A DNA stretch of 64,000 nt from Candidatus Latescibacterota bacterium (GTDB lineage: Bacteria > Latescibacterota > UBA2968 > GCA-2709665): positions 416,001 through 480,000 of the forward strand of contig CBDDDZ010000005.1 in the NCBI GenBank assembly GCA_965226795.1, in the 5' to 3' direction. The notes beneath the pieces are model-generated. The model was not told the DNA's origin. It ran no database searches and was given only the letters and a program-made list of their open reading frames with translations. Of this stretch, positions 1 to 11,974 are shown in pieces. The translations under genes and the position numbers were made by a program. Positions within the stretch are counted from its first letter, which is position 1, and each line of letters starts with the position of its first letter.

Positions 1-1924
1 GGAACGACATTACGAAAAGGTATGTGAGACGCATCCGGAAAAGCGGGCCCAGGCGGCGTATATGGTAGGCTTCTTTGCCATGCAAGCGTTCTTTAAATAT
101 ATCGATATGGAGCATATCGATATATTAGGTGGGCCGGGTGGTTCGACATACCACCTGTTTCGATGGGAGAAATACGGCACGCACGACCGTGAGAAAGCAC
201 TGATGTTCTTGATAAAGAGCATCGAGGCCGATCCTGGATTTCGAGACGCCTATTACGATTTGGGGCTGATCCATTATGAGAGCAAGAACCCCAAAGGATT
301 GGTGACGGCATCAAAGCTATGTTTGGAACAATATCCCGATGATAAGGATGCGCTGCTTTATTGTGGACTGGGATACCAGGGGATGGGTGAATGGGAAACT
401 GCCCATGAGTATTATATACGCGCGTTGGAGCGAATGTCGGCGGAGGAACGCGCGCTGATGGAGTCCGTGGACCTGATTGCAAGCCAGGAGGAACAATCGG
501 TACTTGATTCGATTGCGACGACCGATACGACCCGAATCGGATCGCCGGACCACGGTGAACGAATGCGGTTTTGGCGGAAGCGTGATCCGCTGTATCTGAC
601 GGTATTCAGTGAGCGTCAGATGGAGCACTACGGGCGTGTGGCGTATGCCAATCTTCGATATGGGCAGCGATTGAAAGGGAAACCGGGATGGAAAACTGAC
701 CGGGGGAAAGCGCATATCAAATTCGGGCGGTTTCTCAGCAAAACGGCAACACGGCTGGAGTTACCCGGAGGTGCTGGTGGGGCGGACACACGGATTAGCA
801 GAGTCGTTCAGGGTGGTAATGAGGAATGGTACTATGAAGGATTTTCAATCTCGTTTGTCAACAGCGACGGTCTGGATGCGTGGCGTTTCGACACCCGGCC
901 GGGTAGGACATCGGCTCGATATACGTTCAATCATCAACCGACTCACTTTATGGACCCCTATCGTCATTACAAATACAGAATCCCATACCACGTGGCAAGC
1001 TTCAAGGATGGGGACAGCGTCCGCGTGGAACTGGCGTATGCGCTACCGAAGTACAACGTGTCTGCCTCGGATGCAGACAGTGGCTTTGTCTTGGAAAACG
1101 GAGTATTTCTGTTTGACGAGGACTGGGACGAGGTGTATCGGAAGCGGTCGGATCTCAACCTGAGGTGGCCTGAGTTAACGCCCAGCGGGTATCCTGCTGC
1201 GGACAGCCTGCGCAATAGTCATCTGGTGTTTCAGTTGGCATTCAGGGTGGCCCCCGGCACGTACCATCTGGTTGGCGAGGTTCGGGACAGGAAGCACGGG
1301 TCGATCGGGATGTTCCGCGAGGAGCGTGGTTTTGCGACTTTGGACTCTTCCCTGTCGATGAGCGATTTGCTGCTGGCCACGCAGATTGAAACTGGATCGC
1401 CGTTTCCGGAGAAAAGAAGCCACCTCAACGTCGTGGCGAATCCGCTGCGGACCTATCATCGGTCCGAACCTGCGTTCATCTATCTGGAGGTGTATAACCT
1501 GAAGCGAGATGAATACGGGCGCACGGAGTATGAGATCTCCTATCGGATCGGCCGGCCCGGGGAAGAGGAGATCGATCCGTACCTGTTCGTGGCGCAGCGG
1601 TTGCCAGGGGATGGCGATGCATCGGCAGCTGCACAGGTGATTATGACCCGCAACGAGAAATTAGAGGTGATGCGAGTTAACGAGGTTCTGGACCGGGAAG
1701 AAGACGAAATCGGGGACTGGATCAAAGAAACAGGAGGGAACCGGCAGGGCACGGAGACGGCAATTACAAGTCGTTATGAGGGCTCTCGTGGGGATGACTT
1801 CACGTATTTGCAGATTGACGTGCGCCACGTGCCCGTGGGTGTGCACCGGTTATCGGTGCGGGTGAAAGACATGCATACCCGCCAGATGGCAACGAGGGAG
1901 GAATTATTCCGTGTAGTTGAGTGA
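1..1924 (+). CDS. GWxTD domain protein with N-terminal TPR-like repeats (5' truncated by window edge)
   Basis: Frame is open from base 2 (ERHYEKVC...) into ORF 62..1924; RVAYANLRY...GWKTDRG signature; TPR-like helices (AYYDLG, ALLYCGLGY). Confidence 0.85.
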   Translation, partial: ERHYEKVCETHPEKRAQAAYMVGFFAMQAFFKYIDMEHIDILGGPGGSTYHLFRWEKYGTHDREKALMFLIKSIEADPGFRDAYYDLGLIHYESKNPKGLVTASKLCLEQYPDDKDALLYCGLGYQGMGEWETAHEYYIRALERMSAEERALMESVDLIASQEEQSVLDSIATTDTTRIGSPDHGERMRFWRKRDPLYLTVFSERQMEHYGRVAYANLRYGQRLKGKPGWKTDRGKAHIKFGRFLSKTATRLELPGGAGGADTRISRVVQGGNEEWYYEGFSISFVNSDGLDAWRFDTRPGRTSARYTFNHQPTHFMDPYRHYKYRIPYHVASFKDGDSVRVELAYALPKYNVSASDADSGFVLENGVFLFDEDWDEVYRKRSDLNLRWPELTPSGYPAADSLRNSHLVFQLAFRVAPGTYHLVGEVRDRKHGSIGMFREERGFATLDSSLSMSDLLLATQIETGSPFPEKRSHLNVVANPLRTYHRSEPAFIYLEVYNLKRDEYGRTEYEISYRIGRPGEEEIDPYLFVAQRLPGDGDASAAAQVIMTRNEKLEVMRVNEVLDREEDEIGDWIKETGGNRQGTETAITSRYEGSRGDDFTYLQIDVRHVPVGVHRLSVRVKDMHTRQMATREELFRVVE

Positions 1925-2110
1925 AAGTGGAAACACCTTGTGAAAGTGGCCCGAAGGCAGCAAATAACCGTCGGCGATCGTCCCGCCCATCCATGCCAAT
2001 GCAGAAACGTGAGACTTTGTGGCTGTCGCAAATTGCAACGTTAGCTCTCAGCAGACAGCAAATTGCGGGTCGACGCCGTACCACCCGGCGTTCCTTTCCT
2101 ATATTTCTCA

Positions 2111-2320
2111 CGCCCGCCCGGTTGTAGGGGGGGACTTTTCCGCGTTTTTCCGTCCAGAAATACGGCTCATCAACGCCCTCGATATTGTCAGGCCATCAAC
2201 TCAAGTTTATGCCCCTGAGGCGATTCGCGGAAAAGCAGCCCCGCGGCGTTTAAGCGGCGCCGTTCTTTTTGGTCCTTTTTCTTTGGCGAGAAAGAAAAAG
2301 GATATAAAAAAAGAAAAAAT
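2111..2320 (-). repeat. Modular repeat element, copy A (U/A-rich head hairpin + 62-nt cassette)
   Basis: Reverse complement matches 15490-15676 and 24340-24560: CTTTTTCTTTCTCGCCAAAGAAAAAGG-CCAAAAAGAACGGCGCC ... TTTTCCGCG-[cassette]-GGACGGA..AACGCGGAAAA; its end CAACCGGGCGGGCG also occurs at 27777-27790. Confidence 0.9.
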
Positions 2321-2353
2321 AAGAATTTATTTAGAAATATGTGGTTATCCGCT

Positions 2354-3157
2354 TCATTCGAGGCGGATGACGTCACTGGGCACTCTTAGCTCGAACCGGC
2401 GATCCGGAACGCCAGCGTTTATTGTACGGCTGGCAACCTGAATCAGGATCCTGTCGTTTCCCTGGATCATCTCCATCCTGCCGGGAAGAACCACGCCGTT
2501 TTGCCGCCGGTATTCCGATAGGAGTCGGCGAGATATCAATGCCCCGTCGGGCGTGTATACCCGTTCTTCCAGCAGGACGGCGGCGCGGGGGTCAAATCGA
2601 AGGCGGCGTGTCCAGAGCGGTTCGATGATTTCCACGGTGAGGCTGTCCCGGTGTGACGCGAATTCGCCGACGCGAGGTAAATTGAGTGGGGAGAGGTTGA
2701 CGAGGCCAAGCAACGCGTGCCGAACGCCGTAAGGCGCGAGATCGACGCCCGTGATGGCACGCAGCACGTCTTCCGAAGGTCCTTCCAGGTAGTGGTTGGT
2801 CCTGGGCAGATAGACGGCCATGGTGTCCCCCTGCGCGCGGGCAGACAGCACGCCGATGCCGAGCAGGGCATGTTTAATCTCGATCTTCAGTTCGTCGGGC
2901 GATCGATAGAAGAGTACGGCGAACCCCTTTTGTTTGACGCCGTCTATACGCATGTTGATTCCGGCGCGGATTTCCAGATCCACAAGGCTGTCGGCGCGTG
3001 AGGATACAATGCGCAGCAGGTCGTCCGGGGTTGGAACCGGCCCGACGTCCGGGAGGCGTGAAAGAGTTGCGGCGCAGCCGGGAAGCAACAGGAGAAGGAA
3101 ATAAAGGAAAGGTGTTGGGGTGAGGGAGCGCGTTCCGGACCGCTGACGGCATGCCAT
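2354..3157 (-). CDS. DUF4292 / LolA-LolB-like lipoprotein
   Basis: Lipobox LLLPGC; beta-rich body ending 'FELRVPSDVIRLE'; lies 1 bp after the TPR gene. Confidence 0.65.
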   Translation of the reverse strand: MACRQRSGTRSLTPTPFLYFLLLLLPGCAATLSRLPDVGPVPTPDDLLRIVSSRADSLVDLEIRAGINMRIDGVKQKGFAVLFYRSPDELKIEIKHALLGIGVLSARAQGDTMAVYLPRTNHYLEGPSEDVLRAITGVDLAPYGVRHALLGLVNLSPLNLPRVGEFASHRDSLTVEIIEPLWTRRLRFDPRAAVLLEERVYTPDGALISRRLLSEYRRQNGVVLPGRMEMIQGNDRILIQVASRTINAGVPDRRFELRVPSDVIRLE

Positions 3158-3158
3158 T

Positions 3159-5069
3159 TCAGGGTCCGTTTGCGTTGCTGGGGCCGATTGATTGCAGTTT
3201 TCGTCGAATGGTTTCGTTATCCGGGTTCAGATCAACCGCCCGTTGCCAGTGTTCGAGCGCTTCGTCGATATTACCCAGGGCCTGGGCGGTATCGCCGACG
3301 TGATCCAAAATGACCGATAGATTTTCGCGCTGACCGTCCGTTCGGAATTCCATCTCGATCTTGTTCAGCCTGTTTTCTTCTGCTTTCAGTGCAAGCTTGA
3401 GATACTTCATCGCTTCGTCGTATCGCTGTTGCTGAAAATGAACCCATCCCATGCTATCCAGATACGCGCCGTTTTGAGGGTCGCCCTGCAAGGCGCGTTC
3501 AATATAGTCTTCCGCTTCCCTGAGTCGCACTCCTTTTTCCGCGAACATGTAACCCAGGTAGTTCAACGCCTGGTGGTGGTCGGGCGCCCTGGCAAGAAGG
3601 CGTTGGAAAATGGCAACGGCGCTATCGAACCGCCCGGTGCGCTCGTAACTGTGACCCAGGTCGTAAAGTACTTTCTCCAGGAGGTCCGGGTCTTCTTCAA
3701 GGCGATTTTTCAGGCTTTCAAGGGCCGGAATCGCCTCCTTCCATTTTTTCTCGGCCAGATAGGTACGGCCAACCTCCAGTTGATAACGAAGCTCGTCTGG
3801 CCGGGCGTTAACGGCCTGGCTGTAGACCGTTCTCGCGCGCGCTGGGCGGTTGCTCACGGCGTACGCCCGTCCCAGCGCAAACACGATCTGGGAATAGAGT
3901 TCGGATTCCGCGGGTGTTTCGCCGAAGAGTCCATCAAGAATATCGATGGCGGGGTCCCAATCCCGTTCATTCAGATATGTATGTGCAACGCCCAGCCGGT
4001 ACCTCGGATCGGACTCAAGGGATATCGCCCGGTGGAAGATGCGTCGGGCTTCTTCCGGACGGTCCGTGTATAGGAGCAGCGACGCCTTCCGGCCAAGCAG
4101 ATCGTGTCGTTCCGGCATTTCCTGGATGAGGCGGTCCAGAAGGGTTTCCGTATGTCGATACCGGCGCGTCTCCAGGCCGCTTTCGGTGCCCGAACGTGGA
4201 ATGCTCCGCGGGAGGTGAGTTGACAACCGGTCCAGAAAAAGCGTATCCAGGGGTGTTTCCGAGATCAGGGCTTCCACGTGCTCGTCACGGTCGTAGATTG
4301 CAACGAGCTTCTGCCAGAGCGTGCCCGTGGTCTTGTTCAAGCGGTGTTGAAAATGCGTCAGTCCGGAACGATAGATGGCTGCGGCTTCAAGGCTGTCGCC
4401 CGCGGCAATCGTCAGGTCGCCAAGTCGATTCCAGATCTGCGCCTGCTCCGGGTCGCGATGCAGGATGCGGCGGTAGATACCGGCTGCCTTCCGGGGCAGA
4501 TTCAGCCGCTGATAACCGTCGGCTATCAACAGATCGTACCGGATGTTCGGAGCCGGCACGGACGCGGCCTGATCCAGCACACGGAGGACGTTCTCGCGCT
4601 GCCGTTTGGCAGTGTAGATTTGGAGCAGATGGGTATATGCCCGGAAATCCGCGGGATTCAGGCGGGCGATGGCTTCAAGCTGGGCCGTCGCCAGCAGCGA
4701 ATCCTCCTGCCCCTTGACCAGGGTGTGGTAGAGCAGCCATCGATGGGCTGGCGCTCGGGGTTCCAACCGCACGGCTTTTCGTGCGACTTGACCGGCTTCA
4801 CCAATCCGGTTCAACGAGATCAGATTGTGGGCAAGTGAACTGTACAGGGTGGCTGCAGTGGAGTCGATGGCAATGGCCGCTCTCAGCGACGCCACGGCGT
4901 CTTCAATTCGCCCTGCAAGTTCGAACCGCTTAGCGTCTATGTAGTGACCCATCGCGCGGGGGTCTGGGCCGCGAGGTTTCGGCTGCGGAGGGTTGACCGC
5001 CTTGAGGGAAGCTGCGCACCCCGCAAGGGCCATCAGAAGGAAGAGACAAATGATTGGACGTGTTTTCAT
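3159..5069 (-). CDS. TPR-repeat lipoprotein
   Basis: Lipobox LAGC; many TPRs; conserved C-terminal ALNYLGY..AE...DPQNGAYLDSMGW...ILDHVGD. Confidence 0.85.
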   Translation of the reverse strand: MKTRPIICLFLLMALAGCAASLKAVNPPQPKPRGPDPRAMGHYIDAKRFELAGRIEDAVASLRAAIAIDSTAATLYSSLAHNLISLNRIGEAGQVARKAVRLEPRAPAHRWLLYHTLVKGQEDSLLATAQLEAIARLNPADFRAYTHLLQIYTAKRQRENVLRVLDQAASVPAPNIRYDLLIADGYQRLNLPRKAAGIYRRILHRDPEQAQIWNRLGDLTIAAGDSLEAAAIYRSGLTHFQHRLNKTTGTLWQKLVAIYDRDEHVEALISETPLDTLFLDRLSTHLPRSIPRSGTESGLETRRYRHTETLLDRLIQEMPERHDLLGRKASLLLYTDRPEEARRIFHRAISLESDPRYRLGVAHTYLNERDWDPAIDILDGLFGETPAESELYSQIVFALGRAYAVSNRPARARTVYSQAVNARPDELRYQLEVGRTYLAEKKWKEAIPALESLKNRLEEDPDLLEKVLYDLGHSYERTGRFDSAVAIFQRLLARAPDHHQALNYLGYMFAEKGVRLREAEDYIERALQGDPQNGAYLDSMGWVHFQQQRYDEAMKYLKLALKAEENRLNKIEMEFRTDGQRENLSVILDHVGDTAQALGNIDEALEHWQRAVDLNPDNETIRRKLQSIGPSNANGP

Positions 5070-5155
5070 ATTTTACGCTGTAAACCGGGAAGAATGGGGG
5101 ACGGACAGGCAAAGCAACCGCCTGTGAAGAGATTCTGAAGCTTTTACGATCCGGA

Positions 5156-6568
5156 TTAAAAAAAGTTGCCCGCTCGTTTCTCAAGGAGCAGCTTGCCGGT
5201 TTCGTTCTCGATGGGGATCGGATAGTCTTGCGTGAAACAGGCGGTGCAATACTGGAGAGACGAGTTAGGGGCCACGCTGAGCATGCCGTCCAGTGAGAGA
5301 TAACCCAGACTGTCGACGCCCAGGTGTTCGCGGATCTGTTCCACGGTTTTCGCGCTGGCGATCAGTTCCTTCTCGGTCTGAAAGTCAATTCCGTAAAAGC
5401 AGGGACCGACAATTGGCGGGCAGCTTACACGTACATGAACCTGGCGGGCGCCCGCTTCCCGCAACATTCGAACCAGATGTCTAAGTGTTGTGCCTCGGAC
5501 AATTGAATCTTCCACGACAACCACCCGTTTTCCGTTCAGAACACCCCTGACGGGGTTGAATTTGAGGCGAACCTTGGACGATCGACTGTCCTGTCCGGGT
5601 GTAATAAAGGTGCGCCCTACATAGTGGTTCCGTATAAGGCCGATCTCGTGTTTGATGCCGGATTGATTGGCATATCCCAGCGTCGCGGTATTGCTGGAGT
5701 CCGGCACGGATATCACGATGTCCGCGGCGGCAGGCTGTTCAATGGCGAGTTGTCTGCCGAGCCGGCGCCGGGTCTTGTCGACGTTGTCGCTGAAGATGAT
5801 GCTGTCGGGCCGTGAGAAGTAAATGTATTCGAAGATGCAGAACGCGTGGCGATCCGCTTTCGCGGTCGTGAAGGCGCGGAGACCGTGCGCGTCTATCATG
5901 ATAAGTTCGCCGGGTTCGATGTCGCGAATATAACGTGCTGAGATGATGTCCAGCGCGCATGATTCGGAGGCGACAATCCAGGCATCGCCGAGTTTCCCCA
6001 GGCACAACGGACGGAATCCGAAGGGATCGCGGGCGGCGAACAGCTGGCTTTCCGTCGCCAGGACGAGCGAATACGCGCCCTCGATCTGCCGCAAAGCGTC
6101 CGTAATGCGATCGACCATTTTTTCTTCTCTGCACCTGGCGACGAGATGGAGAATCAGTTCGCTGTCGGTTGTCGTCTGGAAGATGGAGCCGTCGTTCTGC
6201 ATCCGGCTTCGGAGCACGGCTGTATTGGTAAGGTTGCCGTTGTGCGCGACGGCGACAAAGGCGTCCCGGCATTCCGCCAGAAAGGGTTGGGCGTTGGCGA
6301 GGGTGTCGGATCCGGTGGTGGAATACCGGTTGTGTCCGATGGCAAGATGACCCGGCAGCCGGTCCAATACACCTTCGCCGGAGAACACATCGGCCACGTG
6401 CCCCATTGCGGTGTGGCGAAACACGTATTCACCGTTGCCGGAAACGATGCCGCTGCTCTCCTCACCCCGGTGCTGCAGGGCATGCAGGCCCAGCGTGGTG
6501 AGTTTCGCCGCATCTCCATTCCCGTAAATGCCGAAGATGCCGCAAAAGTGTTTGACACTCTGGTCCAT
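5156..6568 (-). CDS. purF: Amidophosphoribosyltransferase
   Basis: Propeptide then CGIFG; LQHRG, GHNRYSTTG, CIFEYIYFSRPDS, VEDSIVRGTT, Fe-S cysteines (CFYGID, YCTAC). Confidence 0.97.
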   Translation of the reverse strand: MDQSVKHFCGIFGIYGNGDAAKLTTLGLHALQHRGEESSGIVSGNGEYVFRHTAMGHVADVFSGEGVLDRLPGHLAIGHNRYSTTGSDTLANAQPFLAECRDAFVAVAHNGNLTNTAVLRSRMQNDGSIFQTTTDSELILHLVARCREEKMVDRITDALRQIEGAYSLVLATESQLFAARDPFGFRPLCLGKLGDAWIVASESCALDIISARYIRDIEPGELIMIDAHGLRAFTTAKADRHAFCIFEYIYFSRPDSIIFSDNVDKTRRRLGRQLAIEQPAAADIVISVPDSSNTATLGYANQSGIKHEIGLIRNHYVGRTFITPGQDSRSSKVRLKFNPVRGVLNGKRVVVVEDSIVRGTTLRHLVRMLREAGARQVHVRVSCPPIVGPCFYGIDFQTEKELIASAKTVEQIREHLGVDSLGYLSLDGMLSVAPNSSLQYCTACFTQDYPIPIENETGKLLLEKRAGNFF

Positions 6569-6773
6569 CGGCCCTCCTGTCGGGGGTTTGCAGGTTGATT
6601 GTGCCGGGATAAATCGTCAAGTAGCTGTTTTTAAATCTCCTGGTGCGTTCCCGCGCGCGCGGGGCGCAGCGTTGTCGTTCGGAACCCGGACAGTGGACGA
6701 CACAGGGCTCTCGTCTTACGCTGGGCAGACCGGCAAACCGTATCCGGACACCAGCGAACGCCCGCCTGTAACG

Positions 6774-8939
6774 TTAGTGCCTGCTTCGTCGGCGCCTTCC
6801 GTTTCTCCCTCTGTGGCGGCGGTCTCGTTCGGGCGTGGAACCACCTTCTTTAAGCAGAAAGTCGAGCCGGCGGAATCTACGGTCCGCCCGTACAAGCTGA
6901 ACCACCACCGGGTCGCCCAACCGGAATCGCCGGCCGGTGCGGTTTCCGGTAAGGGCGCCTTCGGTTTCGTGATACACGTAGTAATCGTCTTCCAGTGTAC
7001 TTACTCTCACGAGTCCGTCGATAAAAAAATCGTCCAACTGCGCGAAGAAACCAATGGAACGGACCCCAACGATAACGGCTTTGAAGGCGTCGCCGACGCG
7101 GTTTTCCAGAAAGCGGATCTGTTTGACCTTGATGGACGCTCTTTCCGCCTCCTGAGCCACTTTTTCCCGGCCGGTTGCGATGTCGCCGAGTGCGGGTAAT
7201 CGTTCCCGGAGCCTGTTCGTTTTTTCTTCGGTCAATCCTCCGGGTTCTCTTAAGAGGCGATGGACCAGCAGGTCCGGGTATCGTCTGATGGGGGAGGTGA
7301 AGTGGGTGTAGGTGTCACAGGCAAGGCCGAAGTGGCCGATGTTTTCGGGAGAGTAGACGGCCTTTTTCATGGACTGCAACAACCATGCGTTCAGCATCTG
7401 GCCGGAACGCTTCCCTTCAACAGCGGCCAGAAACTTCTGAATGTCGGCTGAAGTGATCCTGTCCCTGCGCGGAAATCCGAATCCGAAGGCGGCGGCCGTG
7501 TCTGCAAAATCCGCAAGTTTCCGCGCATCCGGCCTTTCGTGAACCCGGTACAGGCCAGGCAGTTTCCGGTCTCGCAGATGGCAGGCTACGGTTTCGTTGG
7601 CCAGTAGCATAAATTCTTCGATAATGCGATGACTGTCGAGGCGTTCGCTCTTGCAAATGTCGGTGACGTTACCCTCGTGATCCACGACGATACGTGGTTC
7701 GGCAATGTTGAAATCGATCGCGCCCCGCTCCCTGCGCCCGCGGGTGATACGCCTGCGCAGGCTGTCCATCTTGCGCAAGAGGGCGCCGTGGGGCGTTGCA
7801 TCGGACGATCCGCCTCCATTGAGGAACTTCTGGGCATGCCGGTAGGACAGCTTCGCCCTGCTTCGGACCACGGAGGGTGCGATCTCCGTTTTCAGCGACC
7901 GGCCGTTCGCATCCAGATCGATAAGTACGCTGACGGCAAGCCGGTCCTTTTCGGGCAGAAGGGAACACAGATCTGCGGACAGGCGCTGCGGCAGCATGGG
8001 AATCGCGCGGTCCGCGAGGTAGACGCTGGTCCCTCGCGTCAGTGCCTCATGATCCAGTGGGCTACCTTCTTTAACGTAGTAGCCAACGTCGGCAATGTGT
8101 ACGCCCAGCCGGTATCCGCCTCCCGGTCGATCTTCCAGTGAGACGGCGTCGTCGTGGTCGCGGGCGTCTTCCGGGTCGATGGTAACGCACAAGAGATGAC
8201 GAAGGTCCAGCCGGTTTCTGGTTTCCGTTGCGGGGAGCTTGTCTCGAAATTCGTCTGCAGCTTCCAATACGTGCGGGGGAAACTCAATGGGCAGGCCGTA
8301 CTCTTTCACGATGGAAAGGGTATCGATGCCGGGGTCGTCGGGGAGTCCGAGGACTTCGACGATTTCACCTTCGGGATCGGGATTTCCCGGGAGCCAGGAT
8401 CGTAGGCGGGCAACGACCACCTGACCGTCCCGGGCTCCTCCGACATCTTCGGGGGAGATGTAGACATCCCTGAGAAATCGGGGATCGTCAGGTTCCACAA
8501 AGCCAAAACGCGTTCCGGCGCGATAGATTCCCACTATGCCTCTGGCGCCGCGTTCCAGCACACGGACGATCTCGCCTTCCGGCTTGCCGCCGGCTCTGCG
8601 GGAAACCCGGGCTACGACTCGGTCGCCGTGCAACGCGCCGCGCAGGCCGCCAGCCCCGACAAAGATGTCCGGGCCTGCTTCGTCGCGGCAGACAAATCCG
8701 AAGCCGTCGGGGTTAACGCTCAGTCGACCCGTGGCGAGGTTAAGTCTGTCGGGAGGTCCAAAGCGGTTGTTGCGCAGCCTGACGATGGCTCCTTCCCGCT
8801 CGAGTCGGACGAGCAGGCGTCGAAATCCCCGGTAGTCGTTTTCGGGCACCCTCAACGCCCGGCTCAGCTCGCGAGGTTTGAGCGGGCGTCCCGCTTCCTT
8901 ACGGATATAATCCAGAACCCGGTCTCGGGTTATGGGCAT
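6774..8939 (-). CDS. rnr: Ribonuclease R
   Basis: HTH and cold-shock domains, TIDPEDARDHDDA catalytic motif, IEEFMLLAN, HFTSPIRRYPDL, S1 domain, basic tail. Start placed at MPITRDR (8939), not the longer ORF start. Confidence 0.95.
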   Translation of the reverse strand: MPITRDRVLDYIRKEAGRPLKPRELSRALRVPENDYRGFRRLLVRLEREGAIVRLRNNRFGPPDRLNLATGRLSVNPDGFGFVCRDEAGPDIFVGAGGLRGALHGDRVVARVSRRAGGKPEGEIVRVLERGARGIVGIYRAGTRFGFVEPDDPRFLRDVYISPEDVGGARDGQVVVARLRSWLPGNPDPEGEIVEVLGLPDDPGIDTLSIVKEYGLPIEFPPHVLEAADEFRDKLPATETRNRLDLRHLLCVTIDPEDARDHDDAVSLEDRPGGGYRLGVHIADVGYYVKEGSPLDHEALTRGTSVYLADRAIPMLPQRLSADLCSLLPEKDRLAVSVLIDLDANGRSLKTEIAPSVVRSRAKLSYRHAQKFLNGGGSSDATPHGALLRKMDSLRRRITRGRRERGAIDFNIAEPRIVVDHEGNVTDICKSERLDSHRIIEEFMLLANETVACHLRDRKLPGLYRVHERPDARKLADFADTAAAFGFGFPRRDRITSADIQKFLAAVEGKRSGQMLNAWLLQSMKKAVYSPENIGHFGLACDTYTHFTSPIRRYPDLLVHRLLREPGGLTEEKTNRLRERLPALGDIATGREKVAQEAERASIKVKQIRFLENRVGDAFKAVIVGVRSIGFFAQLDDFFIDGLVRVSTLEDDYYVYHETEGALTGNRTGRRFRLGDPVVVQLVRADRRFRRLDFLLKEGGSTPERDRRHRGRNGRRRRSRH

Positions 8940-9212
8940 GTCGATATTCCATCCCGGGCGCGGGAGATCCTGAAACCGTCCTGAGGGGTCGGCGCCACCG
9001 CTATTTTCTTGATGCAGGGAGGCGAATTCCTTAACTTTGTGCCACCGTCTGAGTCTACATTTAATATATAGGTTAGCACAAAGAAAATCAAAAATAAATA
9101 GGCAAGAAAAACGAAACCTGCACAAAGAGAGAAGGAGGTGTTGGAGCGGTTCATTCGGGCTAATCAGGTCTAGTGTCCTTTCCCAGAAATATGTCACCAA
9201 AGGAGCTTCGTT

Positions 9213-9674
9213 ATGAGACGTCTGGTTCCGGTAATTCTCCTCCCGCTTATTCTGTTGACTTTGCACGGGTCGGCGCTTTCACACTGTGAAATCCCCTGTG
9301 GGATCTACGGCGACGAGGCCAGGTTCGCAACCATTGCTGAGAATTTGAAGACCATTGAGAAGTCGATGAATCAGATTATCCAGCTTTCGGCCGATCCGGG
9401 CAAGAACATGAATCAGCTGGTGCGGTGGGTGAATAACAAAGAATCTCATGCGGATCACATTCGTGAGATTGCGGCGCAGTACTTCCTCGCGCAACGCATC
9501 AAGGCTCCCGCAGGCGTCGATCCGACCGCGCACAAGGCATATTCCGAGAAACTCGCATTGCTTCATCAGATAATCGTTTCGGCGATGAAATGCAAGCAGA
9601 CTACCGACATTGCCCACGTGAAGAAATCGCGGGAACTATTGCAGGCGTTCCAGGCGCTGTACAACCAAAAATGA
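9213..9674 (+). CDS. sodN: Nickel superoxide dismutase with Sec-type signal peptide
   Basis: Nickel hook HCEIPCGIY directly after hydrophobic leader ending A-L-S; NQLVRWV.NKE.HA motif. Confidence 0.93.
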   Translation: MRRLVPVILLPLILLTLHGSALSHCEIPCGIYGDEARFATIAENLKTIEKSMNQIIQLSADPGKNMNQLVRWVNNKESHADHIREIAAQYFLAQRIKAPAGVDPTAHKAYSEKLALLHQIIVSAMKCKQTTDIAHVKKSRELLQAFQALYNQK

Positions 9675-9719
9675 AGCGCCACGGGCTCCTTTTGCCCTGG
9701 ATCCACGAGAAATATCACG

Positions 9720-9752
9720 CCGGGTCTTCCGAGGAAGGCCCGGTATTTTTTT
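9720..9752 (+). terminator. Intrinsic terminator after sodN
   Basis: CCGGGTCTTCC/GGAAGGCCCGG hairpin followed by T-run. Confidence 0.75.
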
Positions 9753-9773
9753 CGTGCAACGGCCAGATTTTCC

Positions 9774-9802
9774 TTGCGAAGAATACGCCAGTTTGATATA
9801 TT
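9774..9802 (+). promoter_or_regulatory. Sigma70-type promoter of groESL
   Basis: TTGCGA-17nt-TATATT with TGn extension, just upstream of CIRCE. Confidence 0.65.
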
Positions 9803-9811
9803 GATTGAGTG

Positions 9812-9838
9812 TTAGCACTCAACAAGTCAGAGTGCTAA
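9812..9838 (+). promoter_or_regulatory. CIRCE operator (HrcA site)
   Basis: Perfect TTAGCACTC-N9-GAGTGCTAA upstream of groES. Confidence 0.97.
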
Positions 9839-9911
9839 CAACGACGTTAAGCAATTAAAATCAATAAGTTTAACGCCGATCCAGTCTCATTTTTTCAAGG
9901 AGGTTAGAGAC

Positions 9912-10208
9912 ATGGCAGTCAAGGTGAAGCCGCTGGGAGATCGTGTGCTGGTCAGGCCCCAGGAAGAAGAAGAACAGGTAAAGGGTGGCATCATCATTCC
10001 CGACACGGCAAAAGAGAAGCCTCAGCGCGGAAAAGTCGTGGCCGTCGGACAAGGCAAACTGGATGATTCCGGCAACAGGATCGCGCCGTCCGTGTCATCC
10101 GGAGACGTGGTGCTTTACGGCAAATATTCCGGCACCGAGGTACGGCTGGACGACGAGGACCATCTCATTATGTCTGAGAGCGATATCCTGGCGATTATTG
10201 AAGACTAA
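9912..10208 (+). CDS. groES: Co-chaperonin GroES
   Basis: [40 protein letters not shown]. Confidence 0.98.
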   Translation: MAVKVKPLGDRVLVRPQEEEEQVKGGIIIPDTAKEKPQRGKVVAVGQGKLDDSGNRIAPSVSSGDVVLYGKYSGTEVRLDDEDHLIMSESDILAIIED

Positions 10209-10222
10209 GGCGATTCCCTTAA

Positions 10223-11866
<1,644 letters not shown>

Positions 11867-11911
11867 GAGCAGCGTCTCCACTCCCCGGCGAGGTAGAGCG
11901 GAGGTCAGCAT

Positions 11912-11951
11912 AAAAAAGAAACGCGCCCCGAACAGGGCGCGTTTCTTTTTT
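11912..11951. terminator. Bidirectional terminator between groEL and moeZ
   Basis: AAAAAAGAAACGCGCCC-loop-GGGCGCGTTTCTTTTTT. Confidence 0.9.
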
Positions 11952-11974
11952 ATCGATTCCGCCGTTGCGGCGTC

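Noticed and set aside
9072..9080. Second CIRCE (TTAGCAC) near rnr/sodN
   Set aside because: Half-site only; no GAGTGCTAA arm at the 9-nt spacing.
8940..9266. N-terminal extension of the 830-aa rnr ORF
   Set aside because: Overlaps sodN and an AT-rich promoter region; RNase R similarity starts at MPITRDR.
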